Source: a virus. From it: a stretch of 64,000 nt of DNA. Position numbers and translations under genes: made by a program. A model generated the notes under the pieces. That model was not told the origin of the DNA. It was given only the letters and a program-made list of their open reading frames with translations, and searched no databases. The stretch covers positions 97,562 through 161,561 of IMG/VR virus record IMGVR_UViG_3300045253_000023. One strand, 5' to 3'. This document shows positions 48,403-57,843 of this stretch, one piece after another (position 1 is the first letter of the stretch; each line of letters starts with the position of its first letter).

Positions 48403-49022
48403 TACAGGAAAAGCAGAAGACACAACTTGTCTTCGACATGGAATCACTTGGCACCGAGGACAGAAGTGTCATTTTGTCCTTTGCCGCCATTCCATACCAT
48501 CTCGAAGCGGACGCAGAACGTCCACTCGCAGACTTCGTCGACCGTGCATTCTATTGTAAGTTCGATGTGACTGAACAGGTCAACAAGTACAAGCGATTGA
48601 TTGATCCATCCACTGTTGAATGGTGGGCTCAGCAATCACTTGAGGCACAGAAGGTATTGCGCCCATCTGAACAAGATGTTTCTGTTGAATGGTTCTACGA
48701 CAACCTGAAGACATGGACCAAAACAGTTGGCTATGATCCTCGCAAGGGACTCGCATGGCAACGCGGCACTATCGACATTGCGTGGCATGACAGTCTGATG
48801 CGTGATCTGGGCGTCCAATTGCCTGATCGTAGTCTGATTTGGTATATGATCCGCGACATCAGAACCGCAGTGGATTGTATGGCGCCAACGCAGAAGCTGA
48901 ATGGTATGCCAGATGGATTCGATGAATCACTCGCGAAGGCATTCCCGAATGTGATCGACCATGATCCTGTTCATGACTGCATCAAGCAGCTTCACCAGTT
49001 GCGTATGATTGGGGTCTGGTAG
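48399..49022 (+). CDS. dexA: DexA-like DEDDh 3'-5' exonuclease
   Basis: VFDMESLG, TVEWW, RDIRT, HDPVHD. Confidence 0.8.
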   Translation: MIQEKQKTQLVFDMESLGTEDRSVILSFAAIPYHLEADAERPLADFVDRAFYCKFDVTEQVNKYKRLIDPSTVEWWAQQSLEAQKVLRPSEQDVSVEWFYDNLKTWTKTVGYDPRKGLAWQRGTIDIAWHDSLMRDLGVQLPDRSLIWYMIRDIRTAVDCMAPTQKLNGMPDGFDESLAKAFPNVIDHDPVHDCIKQLHQLRMIGVW

Positions 49023-49023
49023 A

Positions 49024-49263
49024 ATGGCATCGGAAACCACGAAGAATGAGTTCTCAATGGCTGTTGAGAAGAAGGCAGTTGAGGAAGGTATTTCTCATCT
49101 GTCTGCTCTCGCAGCTGTAATGACCGAATGCCACATTGAAGTGGAGCGAGTCGCCAAGCATATCAACAAGTCCCTCAAGGACAAGATTGAGGCTGAAGGT
49201 CTCGAAACACGGATGTTGAAGGGCGCCAGTCTGAAGGGAGCAAACATTTTCGACAAGGTGTAG
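49024..49263 (+). CDS. 33: late transcription coactivator gp33
   Basis: FSMAVE...INKSLKDKIEAE; synteny. Confidence 0.8.
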   Translation: MASETTKNEFSMAVEKKAVEEGISHLSALAAVMTECHIEVERVAKHINKSLKDKIEAEGLETRMLKGASLKGANIFDKV

Positions 49264-49267
49264 AACC

Positions 49268-49900
49268 ATGAATGCGCAAGAGTTCTTTGAATTGTATCTA
49301 GCAATGCGTGCTCATTTCAACACCAAGAGCTATGATTTTGTCAAGTATCTCGGCAAGCTCAAAAGTGTTGGTAGAGTCACAACCAGAACAGACCGATATT
49401 GGTTTGAAAAGGTTGCTGCTCGACTAAATACTAAACATGAGGCCATCGGCTTCCTGCTGTCAAACTTTTTCAAGCAGAAATCATTCTGGATCGGTGATCC
49501 AGAAGCATTTCAAGTCTATGAATCCTGGCAGTCAAGGAATGGGAACCTCGGATACACCGTTTCTGAAGACCTATCTAATCTGAATGAAACGATGTATAAT
49601 AAGGGAGTTGACTTTGATAAGCTGATTGAAGTCAAACCACTATCTCATCCTGCTTTGATCCGTCTGTACACATCAGGAACCATTACACCAGAGACAGCTT
49701 CGATGCTTATGATCGGGCTCAAGATAGATCAACGGTGGCTCCAGACTCATCTCAGCAAGGATGTTTTAGTCTCACAAGAGTTGGAAAGGCTCAGGAAGTA
49801 TTCACTATTTCTTGATCTGCCTATCCTGCTCAAGCAGCATGAAGAAGCAATTATATCATTGTTCAAACAACACAAATCCAATACGGGTGAATCCCACTAA
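49268..49900 (+). CDS. 59: helicase loader gp59
   Basis: LYLAMRAHF...YDFVKY...DRYWFEK; synteny. Confidence 0.85.
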   Translation: MNAQEFFELYLAMRAHFNTKSYDFVKYLGKLKSVGRVTTRTDRYWFEKVAARLNTKHEAIGFLLSNFFKQKSFWIGDPEAFQVYESWQSRNGNLGYTVSEDLSNLNETMYNKGVDFDKLIEVKPLSHPALIRLYTSGTITPETASMLMIGLKIDQRWLQTHLSKDVLVSQELERLRKYSLFLDLPILLKQHEEAIISLFKQHKSNTGESH

Positions 49901-49913
49901 CAAGGAGACGTCA

Positions 49914-50924
49914 ATGTCCTCATTTCTTCAGATGAAAAAGAACCGTGCTCAAGCAACTGGCAAGTTGGTTGAGAATCTCAAAAATGCAGCAACAGGCGGA
50001 CAGTCATTCAAAGACGACCGCATTTACTACCCTGAGCGCGACGCACAGGGCAATGGTTTCGCAATCATCCGCTTCCTTCCTACTGCGAAGGACAATGATG
50101 CGGAATTCGTCAAAGTGTTCAACCATGGCTTCAAGACACCTGCTGGCAAGTGGTTCATCGAGAACTGCGCGACCACCCTTGGTCAAAATTGCCCTGTCTG
50201 CGAAGCAAACAGTGAAATCTACAACCGTTCCAAAGAAGAGTACGAGCGTACTGCGCGCGATCGTAAGCGCAAGACGACATTCATCTCCAACATTCTGGTT
50301 GTTTCTGACAAGAAACATCCTGAGAATGAGGGCAAGGTGTTCTTGTTCAAGTACGGCAAGACCATCTTTGACATGATCTCGGCAAAGGCAAATCCGCCTC
50401 CTGAGTTCGATGACAAGCCTGTGGATGTGTTCTCGTGGGACGAGGGTGCGAACTTCAAGTTGAAGATTGTCATCAAAGACAAGCAAACCAACTATGATCG
50501 TTCTGAGTGGGAAGCACCATCGGCAATTGCTGATGGCGATGAGGCTGCTCAAGAAGCAATCTACAACACCATGTATGATCTGCGTGAGTTTGTTGATCCG
50601 AAGCTCTTCAAGTCCTTCGAGGACATGGAGAAGAAGTTTCAAACCGCAATGGGTCGCGCTGGTGGTCGCACTGGTCCATCGAATGCTGAGGAAGTTGGCG
50701 AAACACCTGCACCAACGAGCAAGAGCTCAGGCGCACCAACCAACAAACCTGCGGCAGACAAGAAAGCGGAGAAGGCTGCACCTGCGAAAGCAGACAAGGC
50801 AACTCCAGCTAAGGCAGCGCAGGTCAAGGCTGAGCCTGTGGAAGACAACAGTGGCGAAGAGCCAACGGCAGAGAGCGATCCTGTCGCATACTTCCGCAAT
50901 CTGGCCAAAGGCGCGGCTGCGTAA
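49914..50924 (+). CDS. 32: single-stranded DNA-binding protein gp32
   Basis: GNGFAIIRFLP, HGF...WFIENC...CPVC, NEGKVFLFKYGK, GANFKLK. Confidence 0.95.
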   Translation: MSSFLQMKKNRAQATGKLVENLKNAATGGQSFKDDRIYYPERDAQGNGFAIIRFLPTAKDNDAEFVKVFNHGFKTPAGKWFIENCATTLGQNCPVCEANSEIYNRSKEEYERTARDRKRKTTFISNILVVSDKKHPENEGKVFLFKYGKTIFDMISAKANPPPEFDDKPVDVFSWDEGANFKLKIVIKDKQTNYDRSEWEAPSAIADGDEAAQEAIYNTMYDLREFVDPKLFKSFEDMEKKFQTAMGRAGGRTGPSNAEEVGETPAPTSKSSGAPTNKPAADKKAEKAAPAKADKATPAKAAQVKAEPVEDNSGEEPTAESDPVAYFRNLAKGAAA

Positions 50925-50955
50925 CCACAAGCAAATTATAAACAGCTTCAACATT

Positions 50956-50985
50956 AAAAAGCCCAGCAATGCTGGGCTTTCTTTT
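50956..50985. terminator. bidirectional terminator between convergent gp32 and the tail operon
   Basis: AAAAAGCCCAGC-AAT-GCTGGGCTTTCTTTT. Confidence 0.85.
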
Positions 50986-50996
50986 GTCTGCAATCT

Positions 50997-53780
50997 TTAC
51001 ACTGATGTGTGTGGAGTGTAGTTGTTGAAGATGGTTGGATCCATGTTTGATGGAGTACCAACAGAACCTGAGTCGGAAGGTTGTTGAGCTGATCCACCGC
51101 CACCACCTGCCGAACCACCTGAGTTGTTCACGACAGCAACATTCTGACCACCGCTTGATTCTGCCTTGGCCTTGTCAATATTGTCTTGAGCAGAAATGAT
51201 TGAGTTAGTCACTCCTTCCTTCTGAGCATTGGTTGTCAGCGCATCAAACACTGCCTTTCCGGACACATTGGCGCGATTCAATCCAATGCCATCATCTTGT
51301 CCCTTGCCACTCAAGTCCTTGACTGATGCCCATGTTCCAGAGACCTTTCTCATGAATTTCTCTGGAGACATCTTGCCACTCAACACATCCTGCATGCCCA
51401 AATCATTGAGCTTCTGTGTGATGAGTTTGTTCTGGTTGCCTTGATCAAACAACTCATTGTCTTTGATTCCAGCCTTGCTCTGCGTCTCTGCGAGCGTACC
51501 AGAGATGAATTGACCCTTACCTGCGGCCGATGAGCGCATTGAACCAGGAACACCTGCGGCAACCTGAGCCTGAAGGTTCTTGTGCTGCCATTCCTTGACC
51601 TCGCCAAATGTCAACTGAGTGAGTGGCTTACCGAACATCTCCTCTGGCGTTCCAAACTTCTTGGCTCCGCCATAGACTTGATCATATCCAGCAGCTCCCT
51701 TCTTGGTTTCGCCTGCTGTCAATGCCTCAATGCCTTCATTGCTGACATTTCCGCCGCCAAGGAATCCACCGAAACCAAGTTTCTTGGCAACACCACCAGC
51801 AGATGCCAATCCAGACTGAATCTGTGATTGTGCAGCATAGTTGAAGTCAATCTGCTTGTTTGATGCGGCACGAGCTGCGTCAGGAGCAGGCAGCTTACCA
51901 GCAACTGCTGCCAAATCATCCACAGATGACACACCATTCATCTGAGCTTCATGCACAGCCTTCATCTGACCAACAGACAGGTTCTTCTGATTCAACTTGG
52001 TGGCAATCTTCTCAGAGGCTTCTCTGACGTTGTCTGGTGTGTTGCGATCTGCAATATAATCAATCTGATTGTTGTCTGTCGCCAGAGCAATTTCCTTGTC
52101 GTTCTGTTTCTTGACAAGCAAATTGATGTCTTCCTTGGTCTGCATCTGGGCCAAGATGGTCATCAGGTTCTCCCAAGGCAAATGCATCTGGGACAACTGA
52201 TCGAATGCGTCATCTTGTTGTTTATTCAGGCGAAGTTGGCCCAGTGACTTGGCAGCCTTGATCTTGTCTGATTGATTGAGCCTGTCGCGTGCGTCACGGG
52301 AGAATGGAGATGCCAGACTGTCTGCCAGGTATCCAATGCCATTGGACAATCCTGTTCCGAACTTGGTATTCTCAACAGATTTGTATGCGGCTGTGCCCAA
52401 CATTGTGCCGCCTTTCCATGCAGCGGCACCACCAAGGGCGACAGGAGCAGAGATTGCTCCCGCAGCCGCTAAGCCTGTTGCGCCGAGACCCACGCCCATA
52501 TTCAGGGTGTCAACTCCGGAGCCTTCCTGCGCACGAGTAGAGGGCAGATATTTGTCAGTCAGAGCGTCGCCTGCCATGTTGATTCCTGCCACGCCTAAGC
52601 CAACAGGGAGACCGCGCCCGAGCGCGCGCATACCACCGCCCAGGAGGCTCTTGCCCATGCTTAGGATGCCGCCTATACCAGAGGCTGCAATGAGCTTGCC
52701 GAAGATGGCCTGACCAATTCCACCCTCAATCATTCCAGCAATTCCGCCACCGCCGCCGCCCATGGCGCCAGCAGCCATACCTGCCATCAGACCACCGAAC
52801 AGACCATGCTTCTTCATGAAGCCCAGCTGTTCGCTGTGTGATCCCAGAATGCGGCGGAGCAAACCAGTCTGCTCTTTGCCTGTCTTCTTCATTTCCTCTT
52901 TTTCAGTAAACTTTGGAAGACCAGCCTTGATATCCTTCTGGACACCAGTGATTGATTGTACAGAAGGAGCCGCAGTGACTCCACCAGCTGTTGCTGGTTC
53001 AATCTGCTTCGCAGGCTTCAACTCATCAACGTGTAGCGAACCAACCTCAAGCCTTTCAATCTTACCACCTGCTCCCAATCCTGCTGCGCCAAGGGTCTCA
53101 GTAGCCTGAGGCATCATGCGTTCACGAACAGCCTTGTGATGATGTTGAACTGTAGCGAAGTGATCACTCTGTTCATCATATGTCTTGTTGGCAATAGCCA
53201 AAAGGTCTTTGGTATGTCCAGCAACAGATGACTTCTTCTCGAATGATGGCAATAGATTGACCAATCCCTTGCCCAACATTCCGGACATCTTGCCCAGGAA
53301 GCGTGAGCCAGTGAACTCAGAAACCAAGTCATTCAGCTTCTCTGGAATCTGGTCCTTGCTTTGAGAATAGATGCGCTTGAACAGCGATCCATTGCTCTTG
53401 ACACTGGTCTTGACTTCATCAATCAACTTGTTCAGTGATGCGCGATCATCATCTGTCTTACCAGCAACATCCACAGAACGCTGGAGCGAAATCAACTTCG
53501 CAAGCATCTCTTTGGATTCTTCCGTGTCAGCAGTCAATGCATCTTCAGCAAGGTCTTTCAATTGCTCAAGAATGTATTCTGTTCCCTCATTCGCATGCTT
53601 GAGAGTTGGCGCTGCCAATTCATCCTTGATGTCAGCCAATGCCTTGAGGATGTTCACGTCATTTGAACGTGAACTGGATGCGTATGATCCGCCCTCATAC
53701 TTGACTGTCTTGATCTGATCTGCGATTCCATGTACTACCTTCTGGAATTCAGTCAGTTCTCTTAGTTCCTTGAGAATCAT
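50997..53780 (-). CDS. tape measure / baseplate hub protein (gp29-like) with C-terminal lysozyme-like domain
   Basis: 927 aa, helical and Gly/Ala-rich; YDQVYGG...LTFGEV...SSAAGKGQF...NQNKL...WAS muramidase-like motifs. Confidence 0.7.
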   Translation of the reverse strand: MILKELRELTEFQKVVHGIADQIKTVKYEGGSYASSSRSNDVNILKALADIKDELAAPTLKHANEGTEYILEQLKDLAEDALTADTEESKEMLAKLISLQRSVDVAGKTDDDRASLNKLIDEVKTSVKSNGSLFKRIYSQSKDQIPEKLNDLVSEFTGSRFLGKMSGMLGKGLVNLLPSFEKKSSVAGHTKDLLAIANKTYDEQSDHFATVQHHHKAVRERMMPQATETLGAAGLGAGGKIERLEVGSLHVDELKPAKQIEPATAGGVTAAPSVQSITGVQKDIKAGLPKFTEKEEMKKTGKEQTGLLRRILGSHSEQLGFMKKHGLFGGLMAGMAAGAMGGGGGGIAGMIEGGIGQAIFGKLIAASGIGGILSMGKSLLGGGMRALGRGLPVGLGVAGINMAGDALTDKYLPSTRAQEGSGVDTLNMGVGLGATGLAAAGAISAPVALGGAAAWKGGTMLGTAAYKSVENTKFGTGLSNGIGYLADSLASPFSRDARDRLNQSDKIKAAKSLGQLRLNKQQDDAFDQLSQMHLPWENLMTILAQMQTKEDINLLVKKQNDKEIALATDNNQIDYIADRNTPDNVREASEKIATKLNQKNLSVGQMKAVHEAQMNGVSSVDDLAAVAGKLPAPDAARAASNKQIDFNYAAQSQIQSGLASAGGVAKKLGFGGFLGGGNVSNEGIEALTAGETKKGAAGYDQVYGGAKKFGTPEEMFGKPLTQLTFGEVKEWQHKNLQAQVAAGVPGSMRSSAAGKGQFISGTLAETQSKAGIKDNELFDQGNQNKLITQKLNDLGMQDVLSGKMSPEKFMRKVSGTWASVKDLSGKGQDDGIGLNRANVSGKAVFDALTTNAQKEGVTNSIISAQDNIDKAKAESSGGQNVAVVNNSGGSAGGGGGSAQQPSDSGSVGTPSNMDPTIFNNYTPHTSV

Positions 53781-53950
53781 CTGTATTGTGCCTTACGTCT
53801 TTGTTGTTCCATTATCTCGTTCTCTTTCTGCACGGCATGATTGACCAGGCCGATGTAGAAGTCCCTTTCGAATGGCATCATGCTCTCAATTTCAGTCAGC
53901 GAGATTTGATGGTTCCTCGCAATTTCAAAGTTTGTCCTGAAGAAGGACAT
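53777..53950 (-). CDS. 51: baseplate hub assembly protein gp51-like (possibly a -1 frameshift extension of gp26)
   Basis: FRTNF...HQISLTEIESMMPFERDFY. Confidence 0.75.
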   Translation of the reverse strand: MSFFRTNFEIARNHQISLTEIESMMPFERDFYIGLVNHAVQKENEIMEQQRRKAQYR

Positions 53951-53973
53951 AACCGTTTCATCATTGAGAGCTA

Positions 53974-54759
53974 TCAAAAAAAATCTTGGAATCCTTCTAA
54001 GTGAATTGTTTGCTTGTATCCGCACTTGTCGCATTTGTATGGTACATCTTGCGCCAGTACAGGGAACTTGTCGAAGAAGAAGTGCTTGATCTCATCAGAC
54101 ACAGAACCAACGATCTGATCATAGAACGTCATGAATTCCTCTGGAGTGAAGTCCTTATAGACTTCCTCACCAACGGTGATCATGTCCACGCAGTTCTGCA
54201 ACATCAATTCATCAATCTTGCTTGATTCCAATTGCTTACCCGAAGCCAACGCAGCATCTGCCGCAGCAGCAATATCCTCATCCACCTTGATGGTTGGATA
54301 CTTCATGTGTATCACCATCTTGCTGTTTGGAATAGCAAATTCTTTCTTGTGCTCTGGATCATTTGTCAGTTCGACCTTCTCCAGATTCACGTCGATTGGA
54401 ATGACCGCACCACACTCAGCTCCAGCTGTATTCTCTTCACCATCAATCTTGTCTGGAACATTCTCGCAACGATAGATGAGGCGCGATGTCTTACCTTTCG
54501 AGAGTGATCGAATGTTCAAGAACAGATACTCAAGGTCTGCCAGAGGAATCTTCTTGACATCCAGCTTGTTGCTAATGCAACCAGAGGCGACATCAACAAT
54601 ACAATTCAGAACATCCTGAGCTGTTTTGTCCTTGGACTCACGCAACAAAATCATGTTCTTCTCTTCCTTGACGATGAAGGGACGGAACTTGACTTTCGCT
54701 TTGCACAATGGCAGGGTGATGGTCTTGGTTGGGTATGCTGTAACTGTTGGCAATGGCAT
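53974..54759 (-). CDS. 26: baseplate hub subunit/chaperone gp26-like
   Basis: MPLP, KFRPFIVKEEK, DLEYLFLNIRSLSKG, MKYP, CxxC, LEGFQDFF. Confidence 0.85.
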   Translation of the reverse strand: MPLPTVTAYPTKTITLPLCKAKVKFRPFIVKEEKNMILLRESKDKTAQDVLNCIVDVASGCISNKLDVKKIPLADLEYLFLNIRSLSKGKTSRLIYRCENVPDKIDGEENTAGAECGAVIPIDVNLEKVELTNDPEHKKEFAIPNSKMVIHMKYPTIKVDEDIAAAADAALASGKQLESSKIDELMLQNCVDMITVGEEVYKDFTPEEFMTFYDQIVGSVSDEIKHFFFDKFPVLAQDVPYKCDKCGYKQTIHLEGFQDFF

Positions 54760-54774
54760 GATATACTCCAGAAA

Positions 54775-55269
54775 TTACTCGTGCGTCATGAATTCAAAAT
54801 AGAATAAAACAGGGAATTTGTTGACCATACTCTTGTTCTCATACGACAATGTCTTGGCGCCGATTGAGAGAGGATAGCAGTTAAAATACTTGTATGTGCC
54901 GATGGTAGCACCTTGGCGGTTCTGTTCCATCACGATGATGTTGTTGCCAGAAGCATAGTTGTCGAAGTCCTGAAACAGGAAGTTCTCATCAGTGATGCGA
55001 CTCTGCCAATCAAACAGTTTGTTGTATGGAGCACCATCATCCGCGCAATAGAATGTCATCGGAAGTGGCTCATACCTCAGCTCGTATGGCAGTGTGACAT
55101 ATGGGCGTTGGCCTGTCCATCTGAATGTCTCGAAACCATCTGATTGCAGATCAACCTGGCAGCAGAGAGCATTCTCTTGCTCTGTCAGGAATGGAATCTG
55201 AACAGCGTAACGATTACCTGCGGACATACCGATGCCATCGACATATGACTTAAAACCTTGAAAATCCAT
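54775..55269 (-). CDS. tail-tube-like baseplate initiator (gp54-like)
   Basis: NRYAVQI, LPY...YEPLPMTFY, FDWQ, YKYFNCYPLSI...LSY tail-tube fold motifs. Confidence 0.7.
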   Translation of the reverse strand: MDFQGFKSYVDGIGMSAGNRYAVQIPFLTEQENALCCQVDLQSDGFETFRWTGQRPYVTLPYELRYEPLPMTFYCADDGAPYNKLFDWQSRITDENFLFQDFDNYASGNNIIVMEQNRQGATIGTYKYFNCYPLSIGAKTLSYENKSMVNKFPVLFYFEFMTHE

Positions 55270-55271
55270 GT

Positions 55272-55850
55272 CTAGAACTTGCTCCTGCTGTGACGATACA
55301 CCGCTGTTGGCTTGATATTGCCGACCCAGCGAGCTGTTGGCAACATGATTGCGTTGGTCCATTCCGATGGAGGAACGCGCTGAAATTGTGCTGTCATATG
55401 ACTGTACAGATATCGCTTCACGCATGGCTGGAACATTGATGCTCTGGCCAATGCGTTGAGCTTCTTGTATGTGGCTCTGATGTATCTGGTCTCTTGATCA
55501 CCCTTGCCGAATGCCTCAATCATGAGCTTCAACAAGGCTGCTCTGTATGTGGCGGATATGTAATGTAGGTTGAGTCCAAGGAATCCATCTTTGTAGTATC
55601 CAATTGGAATCACAAGAGGCGCAGTGTCCCAATAGGGCAGAGTGTCTTTTGTTTTTGGGTCATACCTGAACATATACATATGCCCAACAGTCAACGTTTT
55701 GTCAGCTGCGTTGACACTTACCTTGATCTTCTTCTTCATTCGATCAACAAACCACTTGATCGCCTTCTTGGTATCTGGCTTCTCTGGCGCCATAACCTCG
55801 GCGTCTTCAAGAATGCCTGTTGTACCAATTGGATTGTCTTTGTTTGCCAC
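55272..55850 (-). CDS. 2: DNA end protector gp2
   Basis: GHMYMFRYDPKTKDTLPYWD, GFLGLNLHY, CVKRYL. Confidence 0.9.
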   Translation of the reverse strand: MANKDNPIGTTGILEDAEVMAPEKPDTKKAIKWFVDRMKKKIKVSVNAADKTLTVGHMYMFRYDPKTKDTLPYWDTAPLVIPIGYYKDGFLGLNLHYISATYRAALLKLMIEAFGKGDQETRYIRATYKKLNALARASMFQPCVKRYLYSHMTAQFQRVPPSEWTNAIMLPTARWVGNIKPTAVYRHSRSKF

Positions 55851-55852
55851 GT

Positions 55853-56302
55853 TTATCTCTTCCTGGTGTATTTGCCGAGCTTCAAGGTGCGCTCTGTGAT
55901 GATGTAGAAATCAAGACCGCGCTCAGCGCAGAACTTGCGAGCCGCAGCCCATTTGGCTTGATTCTTGATCCAAGCCAAGCATTCATGTCTCCAGCTGCTG
56001 TCCTTCTGATTGCGACGGACAGGAGGAACAGTCTCTTTCTCAGGTTTGACTTCAAGCAATGCTTCTTTTGTGGTTCCATCTGGACGTTTGACCTGAATCC
56101 AGAAATCAACGTGGTATTTGTGTGCTCTGTTGTCTGTTCCGCATATGTATGGAATGCGAATGCCTTCACTATTCCATGCAACGATTGCGGAATTGTAGTC
56201 AATCCATATCATACACAGCCGTTCCCAAGATGATCTGTAGACAATCTTGTTGACGTTGCCGCGATACTTATGGGGATGCTTCGGAGTGTATAAACCTCTC
56301 AT
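55853..56302 (-). CDS. 4: head completion nuclease gp4
   Basis: KYRGN...IVYRSSWE, WNSE...IPY, YHVDF, EVKP, NQAKW, ITE. Confidence 0.92.
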   Translation of the reverse strand: MRGLYTPKHPHKYRGNVNKIVYRSSWERLCMIWIDYNSAIVAWNSEGIRIPYICGTDNRAHKYHVDFWIQVKRPDGTTKEALLEVKPEKETVPPVRRNQKDSSWRHECLAWIKNQAKWAAARKFCAERGLDFYIITERTLKLGKYTRKR

Positions 56303-56380
56303 GATGTCCTGTGAAAATCCAATGATTTCAGAACTAAGTATATGCGCTGATTCCCAAACAAAACACAGCAAGGAAGCAAC

Positions 56381-56566
56381 ATGGCTTTTGATGCAAAAAC
56401 GCAGGCTCTTTTGGACGCAACAAGAGAACTTGCCGACAGGTTCTTTGGAAGAATCCCGAACTCCACTCTGAAGAAGAAGTTTCAGATGAAACCCACTTAT
56501 CTTGTCTTGGACTTCCGTCCAAAGCAATTGTCGCGCCCAACGAAATACCCAAGAGTGAAGCAGTAA
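56381..56566 (+). CDS. small basic ORF in frame with gp48
   Basis: AAGGAAG SD after late box CTAAGTA; same frame as 56570. Confidence 0.45.
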   Translation: MAFDAKTQALLDATRELADRFFGRIPNSTLKKKFQMKPTYLVLDFRPKQLSRPTKYPRVKQ

Positions 56567-56569
56567 GCC

Positions 56570-57244
56570 ATGGCAACTGGAACATCAGCACAAGCAACTG
56601 GATATGCCGAATACTCGGCCGATGGCGTGGACTTGCTCTTGCCTTTGCCAGATCAACTTCAGTTCGACACAGAATACAACTGGGAAGCAGCAGACACAGG
56701 TATGATGGGAGCATTGCTCGAGAAGTATCGAGGCAAGAGCTTCACAAACATGTTGTCTGGTGCTAATCTTGGTGGCGACATCAAGGACTTGTTGACTCGC
56801 GCAGCAGCTCAGCCAGGTTCAGAAGCAGCAAACGTCCTCGCAGAGAAGTTTGGCAAGGTGGTTAATCCAAAGACAGAAATCCTGTTCCGCGGAGTCAGAC
56901 AGCGTGAATTTGTTATGGACTTCTCCATCGCATACAAGGCTCAGGAAGACATGGCAACATTCTTCGAGAAGCTGAATCAGCTGTACTATGCTTGCGCTCC
57001 TTCTGTCGATGGTGAAATCTTCTTCACAGCTCCAAAGACAGGACAACTCAACGTCTTTGATCAAGATGGCAACAACATCATCATGCCACGTACATGCGCT
57101 GTCAAGCGTATCTCTACCAATCTGACTCCAGACAATGTCTTTGCTTGCTATACCAATGGCAGACCTCTCCACGTCAAGTTGTCTCTTGGCTTCATTGAGC
57201 TGACACCGCCAACCAAAGACACCGATCAACACATCTTCTATTAA
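56570..57244 (+). CDS. 48: baseplate tail-tube cap gp48-like
   Basis: LPLP...YNW, VVNP...LFRGV..REF, VKLSLGFIE. Confidence 0.75.
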   Translation: MATGTSAQATGYAEYSADGVDLLLPLPDQLQFDTEYNWEAADTGMMGALLEKYRGKSFTNMLSGANLGGDIKDLLTRAAAQPGSEAANVLAEKFGKVVNPKTEILFRGVRQREFVMDFSIAYKAQEDMATFFEKLNQLYYACAPSVDGEIFFTAPKTGQLNVFDQDGNNIIMPRTCAVKRISTNLTPDNVFACYTNGRPLHVKLSLGFIELTPPTKDTDQHIFY

Positions 57245-57255
57245 AAGCAGAGTCT

Positions 57256-57840
57256 ATGTCGTATTTTCAGTACTTTCCTACAACGCTGTACACTGCTCAG
57301 AATGGCAATGTCTATGACATCGTGGACATTACCAAGAGGATTGCATTCTTTGAACGCTACAGACAGAATGATCAATACACCTCTGACTATCTGGTTCAAG
57401 AAGGTGAGTCTCCTCAGTCATTAGCTCAGGACTTCTACAACGATCCAGAACTCGACTGGGTTCTATTGTCTCTCAACAAGGTGATTGATCCATTCTACGA
57501 TTGGGTCATGAGCAGCAACGTGTTTGAAGAGTACCTGGACAACAAGTATCCAATCGGAAGCACTTACATCGGCGGACCAGATACCAACTATCTCTGGGTC
57601 TTACCAGACGGAAGGTTCTTTCCATACAACCAGAATGGTCCAGACACTCAAGTCGGAAACAGCGTTGATCTGGATGCTACTGGTCTGTCGAACTTTGCTT
57701 TCCGAATCACATATCGACAATACGAGAACGACAAGAATGAAGCACGTCGCATGATTCGTGTCGTACAACCTACTCTCGTTTCCTCTATCGTCACCGAATT
57801 CAAGCTAGAAATGAAATCAATGATTGCTTTACAGGCATAA
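57256..57840 (+). CDS. 53: baseplate wedge gp53
   Basis: MSYFQYFP, GESPQSLAQDFY...DWVL..N...DP.YDW, YE...NEARR.I. Confidence 0.85.
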   Translation: MSYFQYFPTTLYTAQNGNVYDIVDITKRIAFFERYRQNDQYTSDYLVQEGESPQSLAQDFYNDPELDWVLLSLNKVIDPFYDWVMSSNVFEEYLDNKYPIGSTYIGGPDTNYLWVLPDGRFFPYNQNGPDTQVGNSVDLDATGLSNFAFRITYRQYENDKNEARRMIRVVQPTLVSSIVTEFKLEMKSMIALQA

Positions 57841-57843
57841 ATA

